Shown piece after piece: positions 12,194 through 24,400 of a stretch of 64,000 nt of DNA. How positions within the stretch are numbered: the first letter of the stretch is position 1; each line of letters starts with the position of its first letter. A program made the position numbers and the translations under genes. The notes below the pieces were generated by a model. It had not been told where the DNA came from. It ran no database searches and saw only the letters and a list, made by a program, of their open reading frames with translations. Source of the stretch: Okamejei kenojei (taxonomy: Eukaryota); contig CM069160.1 in NCBI GenBank assembly GCA_035221665.1, positions 4,650,001 to 4,714,000 of the forward strand, read 5' to 3'.

Positions 12194-12476
12194 CTTCTCT
12201 GGTCAGGTATGTCCTTTCCAATTCTAGTATGTATGCCATCAGAATCCACACAGTCCAGTGTCTAACAACTCTTGAAATAACGGTTCCATTGTTTCCAGTG
12301 CTTGTCCATTTCTCTTTTGAAGGGCTTCAGCTATTGGGTCTGGCACCGTCCACTTAGTTTGGTCTTTATCAAAACTCAATGCATCTCTTCCATCAAAAGC
12401 CAACTTCAATATCCCTACTTGGGAACTGTGATCGCTCACCTCACAACCAACTGTCCCGTGAACATAGACTGATAAT
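12194..12476 (-). CDS. MHC class I-like alpha2 exon, CD1-like; about 4 surplus bases as assembled
   Basis: ttttcgttcag|...YVHGTVGCEVSDHSSQVGILKLAFDGRDALSFDKDQTKWTVPDPIAEALQKRNGQALETMEPLFQELLDT[frameshift]DCVD[frameshift]LMAYILELERTYLTRE g|gtgagt; GCE, A(F)DGxDxxSF, W and the second Cys are present. Confidence 0.88.
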
Positions 12477-12569
12477 CTGAACGAAAAAAACAAAATCATT
12501 ATTTGATTCATGGTGATGACTGGGGTCATGTCTAACACCAGGTCCAATTCATGAATAATGTCACAAGTA

Positions 12570-13075
12570 GGCAAGGGTCACCGGACAGACCCCTGCAGAA
12601 CCCTAACTTGTCACTGGAACTAACAGCTGGCATATTCGGCCCTTCCATGCAACGGAGAGACCATATTATGAGTACGGTGTGAGCATGGACTTCACACCAC
12701 AACTGTCCAAGTCTCTCGATGGTACCTACATCCGAATGCTCCAATATTCAAAATGTCCATTGGAGGGGAACTCTCATCCACCAACACCCTGCTCTTGGGG
12801 AGACTCCACCTCTGACCGAGAGATCACGTTAAGCAGGAGAGGGCTCGCAGTCAACTGGCTCCGCCACCAATAAATGCCAGCAAACAAGGTTTGCTGTAGG
12901 GGACCCACCCATGGAAGACGAGACCTGGGTCGGCCAATCACGATGATGCCTGAAGATGGTGTAGGAAGACCCAACTGTAGAATAAAAGAGACTTGCCACT
13001 AGCATGGAAGACGAGATGTGTGTTGCTCCGTCATCGTGCCAGTCAAAAACCACATGGCACTATGTTTTCGACGAT
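12570..13075 (+). mobile_element. RTE-group (RTE-X-like) LINE 3' fragment
   Basis: LSKSLDGTYIRML...RRGLAVNWLRH...PTHGRRDLGRPITM remnants. Confidence 0.55.
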
Positions 13076-13231
13076 TATTATGATTATTATTAGTATTATC
13101 CATCATCATCCACACACCCCTCTGTCCTGGGGATTTATCCACATTTCCCTTCAAGTGACGCCAACATCTCCTTCTTGCTTAACTTCCAAAGTGCACCCTG
13201 CATGTTACATTCTCCACAGTGATTCTCCAGT

Positions 13232-14010
13232 TAAGAAAGAACTGCAGATGTTAAAGCAAAGTAGATCACTAAATACTGGAGTAACCAGCGGATCAGGCAG
13301 CGTCGCTCGATAGAAGGAAGGGGCGTCGTGTTTTGGTCGAGGAACCCGTCTTCAGACTGATGTTAGGGAGAGGACAAAAAATAAGAGTGTAGGCGGAGAC
13401 ATAAGACTGGTGAGGGAGAAGTGGGAAGGGGAGGGGACGGAAGAGAAATCAAGGCGATCGAAAGTTAGAGACGTCAATGTTTCATACCGCTGGAGTGTAG
13501 ACTGCCCACGAAATTTGAGGGTCCTGTTCCTCCAATTTGTGCGCTGGGGCCCTCACGCTGACAACTGGAGAGAGGCCCGGAACAGAAACATCAGATTGGA
13601 AATGGGAAGGGAGTTGAAGTGCGAACCACTGAGGGAGATCAGGGAGGATAAGATGGACTGAAGCGAGTGTTCAACAAAATGATCGCCGAGCCTGCGCTTG
13701 GTCTCGTCGATGTAACAGAAGATGAGCAACGGAATACAGCGGATACACTAATGAAAGTTGGAGGAGCAAGTGAACAGCTGCCTCACCTTCTGGAAGGCTT
13801 TGGGTCCATTGGATGTATCGAGGTCGGGACCTAAAGGAACGGTTGTTGCATCTCTACGGAATGGAGGAAAAAGTGTCTGGGGAGGGGGTGGTTTTGGGGT
13901 GCGAAGGACGAGTTGACCCAGGGAATGTTCGGAGGGACGATCTCTGCGAAAGCAGAAAGGGTGAGATGGGAAGATGTCGGATCCTGTTGCAGGTGGCGAA
14001 AATGTTGGAA
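13232..14010 (-). mobile_element. Penelope-like element 3' fragment (GIY-YIG region plus terminal repeat)
   Basis: Colinear with 30901-31650; noisy sequence. Confidence 0.75.
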
Positions 14011-14384
14011 GGATTATATGCTACTTATAATTAAAAGTCCTTGCTTTTCTGCGGGGGGGGGGGGGGCAATGGGCGTTCTTGGTGAAACAAATGCAAAAGT
14101 AGGGGAGGGAGGAAACTTTTTCTAATCTCTTTTACCTCGATGTAGATGAGACCATTTTTATTTTTTCCGTATCTATCTCCGTCCACACTGAAGCCTAACA
14201 GCGAGGTGTTGGCGCCTTTGCTTTGCATTTTTGTAGTGTGACTGTAATGTAATCGGAATTTCATTGCACTTAAGTTTACATTGACGCAAGAAGCTGACCT
14301 TGAACATTGGAAAAAGATGAGGGATTTTCGTATTCTGACTCGCACAAGCCAATTTGTGGGCCTCTATTGGCCCCTTTATTTTAA

Positions 14385-14735
14385 GCTTTAGAGATACAAG
14401 CGCAGAAACAGGCCCGTCAGCCACACTAAGGTCAGGGGGGGGGGGGGGGGGGAGGTGGTGTGGGGGGGGGGGGGGGGGGGGGGACGGGGGGGGGGGTGGG
14501 GGGGGGGGGTTTTATTCTAAGCCGATTTACCTAAAAACTTTAGAGTGGTCTTTGGAGTGTGGGAGGAAACCAACCGAAATCCGCGTAGAAAAACCCCCGT
14601 AGTCCAAGGGAGAACGTACAAACTCCTTACAGACAGAGCAATCCGTAGTCATGATAGGAACGGAGCGGGTCTCCAACGCTGGCAGGTGCTGCAAGGCGAG
14701 CAACTCCTCCATAGGCTGTGCCAACTGTGCCACCC
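14385..14735 (-). mobile_element. HE1-type SINE containing poly-G noise
   Basis: tttagagatacaagcgcagaaacaggccc...ggagtgtgggaggaaacc...gggagaacgtacaaactcc. Confidence 0.7.
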
Positions 14736-14932
14736 TCGTAATCACACACTTGAGTTATTCCTCTCTTGGGTAGATAGGTTATAGTGATATGGATTTCTTT
14801 ACATTCCTCAAAGCTCCTGCCATGATTTTCCATCCTCCTGAACCTTACATGCACTTTCTTTTTTTTTTTTGTGTGTTCCTTACTAATTAAACTTTAAAAA
14901 AACCTTTTGGTTATGCAAGCTTCAATTCTTAC

Positions 14933-15224
14933 CATTTCTTTCCTTTGCCATTTCATCCTTTCCTCAACACTGGAACTGGGTAATAAATCACTCATACATA
15001 ATCATGGGGAGTCTCGGTAACAAGGACATTGTAACCCGGGCACGCAACATCTGCATGTCCCATTTCCCCCCCTGGTGCTTATAATGCAGAATACTTCCTA
15101 GTTTCAATGGGATTTTTCTGTTGCTGCCAATAATATAAACACCTATTGCCACCATGCATGAAGTCAACAACTAATTTCAAGAAAACTTAAACGAGCAAAA
15201 GACGCCAGACGCTGTGACTATCAC
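14933..15224 (-). CDS. Probable MHC class I-like alpha1 exon, heavily corrupted
   Basis: Begins GDSHSVWRL (compare GSHS-L-Y); internal YY..SNRKIP and WDMQMLRAR remnants; ends at donor atg|gtaaga; size and position fit alpha1, but the acceptor is unclear and the frame is broken. Confidence 0.5.
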
Positions 15225-15789
15225 CTCTCTCTCCGGTGCAAAAGGAATTGTGACATTTTGGTGGCAGGTGTGAAGGAGAGTCGCAACCGTAGAAACATCA
15301 ACCTCTATTCCCCTTTCCGCACACCCTCGAGACACTTACTCCCCTTCTGGTTTTGTGTGAAATTTTATCGACTTGCTGCTTGGGCCGGTGGATTTGTAGT
15401 CAACAGGCTTTGCGCTCACGTGATTGACCAGCTTTTTGTGTTAATGCTTAGATCGGTTTGTTCAATCAAGCATCTACAGGTTCCTGTCCTAAAATTTAAC
15501 GAAAGGACACGAAACTGTTGGGTAACTCAAAAGCCGGGTCAGGGCAGCATCTCTGGATAGTGGCACAGGCGCCACAATCACTTTCGGTGCCCATATTTTG
15601 CTTGCCATACGTTTACCCCTCCTAGGAAACTGTTTCCTTAGTTAACCTGTTTCAGTGTCACCTGAAATCGCTCCCCTGGTATACCCGTCCATGGCCAATT
15701 GTGAAATAAAGACGTGGGCAGTCAACAGGTTAAAAGGTGTGGACAGAGTGTGGGGACTTCAGTGCAAAGTCTTGATCCACAAAGACCCG

Positions 15790-15885
15790 GTGAGGGGCGG
15801 GGGGCGCGCGCGGAGTATGGCGCGCGCGCCCTGTTCGGGCGCTCGAGCGCCGCTGGGAGCGCGCCGGGGGCGCCAGGGCGTCAGT
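15790..15885. promoter_or_regulatory. GC/CpG-rich patch with GC-box, candidate promoter
   Basis: ggggcggggggcgcgcgcgg... about 0.6 kb upstream of the alpha1 exon, in otherwise CpG-poor DNA; lies in a low-quality region. Confidence 0.3.
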
Positions 15886-16639
15886 GGATTCATTTTCCCC
15901 CACCTCCCCGCCATAGGTCATTCCGAACCCAAGCAACCAAGTTTGAAAGCGGCCGAAGGTGCACCATCCCTCGGTTCAGCCAGCCCGCCACCCTGCCGCG
16001 TGCTGTGGGTCGGATGGATTGCGGCGATGTGGGACAATGTTCATACACAGCCGTTGATGTGGGATGGACTTCTGCTGCTAGGGTGGATGTAGGCCACCCC
16101 TGTTTAAAAGCAGCTTTTTTGCAAACAAAAAGTGGTTTTGTGCCCTCGGCCAACGAAGCCCTCTGCGCTAAGCTGGCCCTTTTTTGGTGGTCCCTCTAAA
16201 ACCCAAGTCGCCCTCTGCAAAAAAGCTCTCGGTCAGCTATGAAATGAACAATGCCTTGGGCGTGTGAAAGAGGTGACATTCTGCTAGTATAAATCTTACC
16301 TTTTATTTTCTCCACATAGACCTTTTCTTATCACCATTCATCACCCCGGAGCACCCTCCCCAGTAGTGACGACTTGCAGGGGTTCGGGGCTTTCGGGGAG
16401 GCCCCGACCACGGGGGCAACATGGGGGAACATCAGGGGAAGAGACTGACTTTGGTGCATTCGGGGGGGGGGGGGGGCCCTCACAGTGAGGGAAAATTTTG
16501 AGCGGCTGTAGCGGGGGAGTTTTATGTTGAATCCTAGTCTACGCGCATGTTGTGTTCTTTATTCTAATGTATGCGGCTGTATGGTGATAGTTAATTACAG
16601 CTTGCAATTGGCACTACGGACACATAAATGCAGCTTATC

Positions 16640-17020
16640 TTATCACAAAATTCTAAAAGGGACTGGTACAATGCTAAGATCAGAAAAATGTTCCCAATGT
16701 TGGGCGAGTCCAGAACCAGGGGCCACACTCTCAAATGCAGGGGAGTTCATTTAAGACCGAGGTGAGTCTAAAAAACGTTTTCAACCTAGTGTTGAGAATT
16801 TTTGGAATTCCCTGCCACCGAGGGACAGTGGAGGCCAATTCAATACACTGATGGATTCATAAGAGAAGAGTTAGATAGAGCTCTAGGGAGCAAGTGGAGT
16901 CCACGGGATATGGGAGAAGGCAGGCACGGGTTTATTGATCAGCCATGATCACACTGAATGGCGGCGCGGCTGGCTCGAAGGGCGAATGGCCACCTCGTGC
17001 AACCTATTTTTCTAATGTAT
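16640..17020 (+). mobile_element. CR1-type LINE 3' end
   Basis: gagtccagaaccaggggccacac...gatcagccatgatcac...ggctcgaagggcgaatggc. Confidence 0.75.
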
Positions 17021-17098
17021 CTTTGGTTATATTACTTCACTACATACGACTAGCATCACGACCGACTTACAACCGGAGTCGACCAGACCTACGACTAT

Positions 17099-17598
17099 NN
17101 NNNNNNNNNNNNNNNNNNNNNNNNNNNNNNNNNNNNNNNNNNNNNNNNNNNNNNNNNNNNNNNNNNNNNNNNNNNNNNNNNNNNNNNNNNNNNNNNNNNN
17201 NNNNNNNNNNNNNNNNNNNNNNNNNNNNNNNNNNNNNNNNNNNNNNNNNNNNNNNNNNNNNNNNNNNNNNNNNNNNNNNNNNNNNNNNNNNNNNNNNNNN
17301 NNNNNNNNNNNNNNNNNNNNNNNNNNNNNNNNNNNNNNNNNNNNNNNNNNNNNNNNNNNNNNNNNNNNNNNNNNNNNNNNNNNNNNNNNNNNNNNNNNNN
17401 NNNNNNNNNNNNNNNNNNNNNNNNNNNNNNNNNNNNNNNNNNNNNNNNNNNNNNNNNNNNNNNNNNNNNNNNNNNNNNNNNNNNNNNNNNNNNNNNNNNN
17501 NNNNNNNNNNNNNNNNNNNNNNNNNNNNNNNNNNNNNNNNNNNNNNNNNNNNNNNNNNNNNNNNNNNNNNNNNNNNNNNNNNNNNNNNNNNNNNNNNN
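17099..17598. other. Assembly gap (500 N)
   Basis: Run of N. Confidence 1.
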
Positions 17599-17984
17599 AT
17601 TGAGTATACGTGTCAGAGACCACAATGCAGGATTTTTTAGCTCTTGGTTTAGACCTCATTTGGAGTATTGTGTGCAGTTCTGACACTGCAGATAAGAGTA
17701 TTGTAGAAGCCTCTTGGAGAGGCCTCTAATACATAGCGAGGTGATTGGTACTGGAATGCACGACCAAGGGTGGTGGTGATGGATGCAGGTCTAGTACTGG
17801 TGTTTATGGGCTTTTTGACATGCTATGTCATGGTCACATGCAGGAGATGAGATTAGTCTATCTTGGCATCATATTTCGCACAGACATTGTGGGCCAAAGG
17901 GCTGCTCTGTATTGTGCTGCGCTGTTCTGTGAGTGCGGACATTTAGCCAGAATTGCTAAAGGAGAGAATGGCAACAAAGTGTAG

Positions 17985-18350
17985 GAAAGGAACTGCAGAT
18001 GCTAGTTTTAAACAAAGATAGTTTGATTTTCTCTATTAAAGTGTAACCTTGCCCCTTTCCCTCTTTCGCAATCCCTCCCCTTTCCCAGAACTCCGACCAA
18101 TTTGACTGTTCCTGATTACATTTTACTCTGTTTTGCTTTGTGTTACCTTCTCCTTAGCTAACAATGATCTGTTCTACCATGTTCATTGTCACTTCACCCC
18201 TTTGTTGTCTCGTTCTCAAACCTTACACTTCTTATTCTCGTATCGCCCTCTCCCCTGCCTTCAATCAGTCTCGACCGAAAACATCACCCATTCTAATTCC
18301 AGAGATGCTGCCTCACCCACTGAGATTACTCCAGCATTGTGTGTCTCATC
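17985..18350. mobile_element. Penelope 3' UTR and terminal repeat with a short inverted arm
   Basis: aaggaactgcagatgct... at left; cagtctcgaccgaaaacatcaccc...gagattactccagcattgtgtgtc at right. Confidence 0.65.
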
Positions 18351-18719
18351 AATTGTGACTAAGTACCCTGGTGCGTTAAATGGAACAGGGAAATTCAGCA
18401 AATACTGTGGAAAATTGAATGCATCAGGATCTTCCAGATAGTCAGAACGTGAAATTATAGATGGTTCACTGCACCAAAAAACCTTTTCCGCATAGATTGG
18501 AGCTTCAATTTTAACACTTGTTTTTTCTGTTCATTATACCATTGAAACTTGGGACATAGCACAGGAACAGACCTGCAACCCACAATCTCACAGTGAATAT
18601 GATTCCAGCTAAACTATCGCTTCAGTCTGTACTGATCCATATCCTCCATTCCCTGAATATCCATGCCTATCTAAAAAGCCACGTAAATGCTGCTATTTTA
18701 TCGACATGCCACCCCCACC

Positions 18720-21700
18720 TTAGACGGCACCTTTACTTGCTCGGGACATAGAGCGGTGGAGACGCCGCCCAGGGAGCGGGACGCCCCTCCAAGACAATGT
18801 AGTGAAGGTGCAATTGGTTTTGGATGATATTGATGAAGAAAATCGTTCGCAGCAGGATACCTCGAAATTTGAAGGAGACAAGTTCAGTATATTTTGACAT
18901 TACCGGATGGAGGTTGCCAGAAAAGAGGTTGTTTACAGACACAAGAAGATATCTTAAGAATATAAAAAACTGAGGTTTGGACTGATGTTACCCTGCAATA
19001 TGGAGACTCCACCTACGACAATGCAAGGATACTTCTTTTCACCAAGCATACCAAAGAGGCCTTTAAATTTGCAAAGAAACATGAGACATTGAGATACTGA
19101 GAAACATCGAGAGCGGAGAGTGACAAAGAGGATTAATACTTAACACTTAAATATACGCCTGATGTTATTGGATTTGGTCTTTACTGGTGTTAAGAAATTG
19201 AATTTTAAATTACTATACTCAAGGACTGTCTTGAATTTCTAGAATGAAATTGGGTAGTTATCTTGTATTGTTATATATTATTTTATATTGTAGTACTATT
19301 ATTACTAATCACTTACTAATCTTAATTACTAATTATATTAATTTAATTAACTGATCAGTCAGAATTAGCTAAAGGGATGATTATTAAGTTGATGAAAATA
19401 TAAAATGGAGGTTTATCATTGATATTTAATACTATTTGACTAATCGCGGACTAATTCTTTGGTTATATGAGGACTTATATGTTTTCTTACTTTGAGATAT
19501 TATATTATTCCACTACNNNNNNNNNNNNNNNNNNNNNNNNNNNNNNNNNNNNNNNNNNNNNNNNNNNNNNNNNNNNNNNNNNNNNNNNNNNNNNNNNNNN
19601 NNNNNNNNNNNNNNNNNNNNNNNNNNNNNNNNNNNNNNNNNNNNNNNTGAAATTGAAGCTTTTCTTTTAAGGAAAGTACGGAGCTAGTAATATTTTTTTT
19701 TTACCAAAAGCTACGGAAGACCTTAGATGTCTAGCCACATTAGGGTGGCTTATTACTAACTGCACTGATTGTAGATGTAGTTTTTTTCTTTCTTTTACAC
19801 TTTACTAATTTAACAATCTCTTATCTTTTCTATTTTATATTATATTATAATCATTATAATCGTTATTTTGAATGGAATTATAAGTATTATTTAAGGAGAT
19901 ATGACCGAGAAGAAAACCTACAAGATCTAAAACTCATCTATCTGAGGTTAGGAGGTAAAGGTATGGTTTAACGTGCTGAATCATCTGCTCTATTATAGAC
20001 CACCTTAATCATAAGATGCAAGACGTAAAAGTGAAAACTGGGGGTGAAGGAATTACATTCTGTAGTTGGAATGTTAAGGGAATTAATGAACCCATCAAGA
20101 GAGGCAAAGTATTAGCTCATTTAAAATCGCTTAAAACAGATATAATTTTCCTCCAAGAGACTCACCTTAAAAAGGAAGCACAACATAGACTGAAAACAAA
20201 ATGGATTGCTCAAACGTATCATTCCTCATTCACACATAAATCTAGAGGGGTTGCAATTTTAATCCGTAAAGGTATACCTTTCAAACATATATCAACTATA
20301 GAAGATATTGATGGTAGATATATTGTAGTAGTAGGCAAATTATACTCAAAAAAAAAACGTTATACTCAAAAAAAGTTACTCTCCTTAATGTATATGGACC
20401 AAAATTTTGATAGCCCATTGTTCTTCAAGAGAATACTTAATACTATACCGGAATGCACACAAATAGTTTAATAATTGGTAGAGACTTAAATTGTACACTA
20501 GATTCTTATTTAGACAGATCATCAACTCAAAGAAAATCAAAATCTCCGTAAAGTGAATTTTTAAACTCATATATTAACACTACCAACATTAAGGATGTCT
20601 GGAGAAATGAAAAATCCAAACCGGACGAGAATATTCATTTTACTCACCTGTGCATAAAATATTCAAGGATAGACTATTTCTTAGTAGATTCTAAACTTAT
20701 TCCATTTACCTACAAATCGCAATATCATAATATTATAATTTTGGACCATGCTCCATTAACGTTTATGATTAAACTAAACGAAATGGACAAGAAACAGACA
20801 CAATGGGAGACTTAATCCGCAAATTTTTAAATGAAAAAGGTATGTTGTGAATATCTTGTAAAACAGATTAATATGTTTTTCGAGGTCAATGACCAGCCTG
20901 AAATTTCTGCTTCCCTTCTCTGGGAAACAGTTAAAGCGTTTATACGAGTGGCATTAATATCCTCCCAGGCATTTCTTAATAAAGAGAATAGGGCTAAACA
21001 ACAGACATTGGAAATGGAAATAAGGCAATTAGACATAGAAAAAGCAGGAGCACCTTCATTGGCAAAACATAATAAAATTGCAGCACTGAAATATAAGTTA
21101 AATAAAATATACTCTGACCAAGTAATAAAACTTTATCAACACACAAAACAATTACATTTTGAATTCGGTGATAAACCTCAAAAACTATTAGCACGTCAGC
21201 TATGTAAATTGGACGGGGAAAAAACGATTCATAAAATTAGATCAGATAAGGGAGAAATACTAACACTCCCTAAAGTTTTTAATGACAGATTTTCACAATA
21301 CTATCAATATCTTTATTCAACTAAAGTGACAGAACAATCAACAGGAATGGAAGCATTTTTACAGAAATGTAACCTTAAAGGTTTAGATTTGCAAGAGCAA
21401 GAACTATTAGATGCTGAAATAACGATAAAAGATATCGAACAGTCAATTAGATCTTTAAAAAATGGAAAGGCCACAGGCCCTGATGGCCTAAGCCATTTTA
21501 TGATCTTATTTCTCCACGCTTATAAACATTGTATGAACACGTTTATACTCAACAGAAACTCCCGGAAACTTTAAACAAATCTACAATAATACTTATTCCC
21601 AAAACTGATAAGGATCTGGAAGACCCGGCTTCATATAGAGCAATAGCTCTTTTAAATCCTGATCAGAAAAATATTAAACTAAAATCCTATCCATTAGATT

Positions 21701-24170
21701 GAGCTTAGTGATTAACAAATTAATACACCCCCAACCAAACTGGTTTTATCCCCAAAATGTCACTCATTTTACAATCTGAGACGATTATTTAATATTTATA
21801 TACTCAAATAGAATTGCTTAATGCAGATCTAGCAATTATTTTGCTAGATGCTGAAAAAAAAGTCTTTGATCAGGTAGATGGTCATATTTATTTTCGGTGA
21901 TGGAAAAATTTCAATTGGGAGACAAGTACTGTACATGGGTTAAACTTTTTTTACTCTAACCCAACAGCTAGAATACTAACAAACCAAAATGTTATCAACT
22001 AAATTTAATCTTTCTAGAGGTTGTAGACAAGGATGCCCGCTATCTCCATTATTATTCGCTTTAGCAATTGAACACACTCGCAGAAAGTGTCAGATCTCAT
22101 CCAGAAATACATGGGTATAATACAAGAGACACGATAAATACAATCTCTTTATGATGTTATTAATATATATTACAAAGCCAGAAATTAGTATTACAAATTT
22201 ATTAAATCTAATAACTTAATTTGGTCAGTTTTCAGGAAATAGAATTAATTGGAATAAAAGCGAAATCATGCCAATAAATGGAACTCAATTTAATACACTA
22301 CAACAATCACCTTTCAAAAATAGTTGAGGTAAAATTTAAATATTTAGGTATTTATGTAACTAAGACGTATACTTCTTTATTTAAATCAACTTTTCCACCT
22401 TTACTGAATAAATTAAACAAGGAATATTCAATATTGGAAAACACTTCCCATTTCAATGTTCGGTTAGAATTAATGCTATAAAAATTATCTTTTTGCCGCA
22501 ATTATTGTACTTATTCCAGTCAATCCCGACATACATTCCAAAATATATATATTTTTTAAAGTAGACTCTACTGTTACAAGTTTCTTCTGGGATTATAAGA
22601 ATCATAGAATAAGTAAAAAACATTTATGTAAATCAAACATTAATGGAGGTATAGCTCTACCAAATTTTGTTTTATTTTTGGGCAGTCCATATTAAAAAAC
22701 ATGAATTTTTGGCTGGAAGAAATGGATCAACAACCAGACTGGTTAAGGATGGAAAAGGAGGACTGTTTACCTTTTGAAATCTGTTCGATTATATTTGCAC
22801 CGACAACATTGCACAAAAAGACCTATAGGAAAACCTTTAATATATAGTGGTACACGAATCTGGAAACAATTTAAAAAGGCTTTAAAACTGGATAATATGT
22901 CACTCTGTCTCCCTATTGTAAACAATCCTTATTCAAATCTTCCCATGCTGGATAAAGGTTTCACACAATGGAAAAATTATGGAAATCAAAAAGATGGAAC
23001 ATCTTTATAAGAAAGGCACTTTTCTTTTATTTCAGGAATTACAAAAGATTTTATGGTTTACACTCAAATATTTTGTTTGATATCTACAACTCAGAGATTA
23101 GTTAAATCAAATACACAAGATTATAGGAATTAGGGAACCACAAATCCTTGATGAATGTTTGAATAAGCATCCTAATACAGAAAATAACTAACAACTTATA
23201 TTTATAATATCCTTTTAGATAGCGAGGTACCATCGACGGAATCACATAGACATACATGGGAAAATTAATTAAGCCAACCCATAATGAAAGATATTTGGGA
23301 CAAAGGTTTAGAATATATACATCAATGCTCGTTAAATGCCAGACATGCTTTAATACAATTTAAAGTATTACATAGATTACATTACTCAAAAGTTAAACTG
23401 AATAGAATCTTTCCACATGTCTCTCCTATCTGCGATAAATGTCAGCATCTAGAGGCTAACTTAACACATACTTTTTCAAATTGTATAAAAATTAAACATT
23501 TCTGGATTGAGATTTTTAGAATAACTTCTGAAGTTATTAATACTAAACTGGATCCGGACTCAAAACTAATAATACTTGGAATATCAGAACAAAGTTTAAC
23601 ACTTACAACAAGCCAAAGAAATGTCCTAGATTACAGTATAATAATCGGGAAGAAATTAATATTAAAATTTTGGAAAGGCCCTATAACCCCCACAATTAAA
23701 ATGTGGATTATGGAAATGTCGGACACCCTACACCTGGAAAGAATCAGATTTGCCTTAATGGACAAACAAGAACTCTTCGTTAGAATATGGTCTTCTTTCA
23801 TTGATTACTTAAAAGGGTAGATTGGTTCGGCAGAGGAACCTAACTGAAACTTGGACTCAGGATCAGATGAAAAGTTATACTCTATATTCCTTGATCTTAT
23901 CTCCAATGATGTATTAATGGTAAATTATTCCATTCCTTATGATTTATTTTTGATTTTTTTTCTCTTTTTTTTCTCTCTCTCTTTTTTTATTACTCTTAAT
24001 CTATTAAAAAAACTATTAGAGGCGGAATGATTCAATTGATAATATTAATAATGTATGATTGATGTACACGAAATATTTTACCATAATATGTGTTTGCCAA
24101 TTTATTGCTTACCTCTAATAAAAATATATTTAAAAAAAAAACACAAAAAAACAAACTAAACTAAACTAAA
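18720..24170 (+). mobile_element. L1-clade LINE: ORF1 3' end, AT-rich spacer, frameshifted ORF2, poly(A)
   Basis: ORF2 from 20016: APE endonuclease (SWNVKGIN, FLQETH, SRGVAILI), KATGPDG, RT RQGCPLSP near 22025, C-terminal CDKC-H-C knuckle in ORF 23284-23820; AATAAA at 24117 and A-rich tail. Confidence 0.93.
19517..19647. other. Assembly gap (131 N)
   Basis: Run of N. Confidence 1.
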
Positions 24171-24400
24171 GAGAAAACAGATAATGTTTCAGATCTGCGA
24201 CCTGTGTTCTGAACTGAGCAAAAAGGAAACAGAATCTTGTAACATTTTCCACTTTTATTTTAGATATCCAGCATCTGCAGTTTCTTTTTACATTTTCATT
24301 TACTGTGCATGAATGTATATTGACCAACCACTGAATGTGTCAAAATGTTTGATTTGCAAATTGCATGGATTTACCATCCAGATTTATTTTTCCTCTTCAG

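Larger units (their letters stand above)
1774..15224 (-). other. Gene span: non-classical MHC class I-like (CD1-like) heavy chain; leader exon not resolved; several small indels as assembled
   Basis: Colinear alpha1, alpha2, alpha3, TM and cytoplasmic exons on one strand with GT-AG boundaries; internal domain exons are phase 1. Confidence 0.85.

Noticed and set aside
14435-14510. Long G-runs here and at about 206-227, 11331-11370, 58454-58480 and 59822-59836 as G-quadruplex or poly-Gly coding
   Set aside because: Several interrupt otherwise colinear SINE/LINE sequence in error-rich regions, so they are probably sequencing or consensus artefacts.
15655-16199. 145- and 161-aa ORFs over the GC-rich patch
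   Set aside because: Stop-poor GC-rich noisy DNA near a contig end; no RING, B-box or leader motif recognised.
16945-17686. Long ORFs of 176-231 aa in the track
   Set aside because: They are read-through of the N gap.
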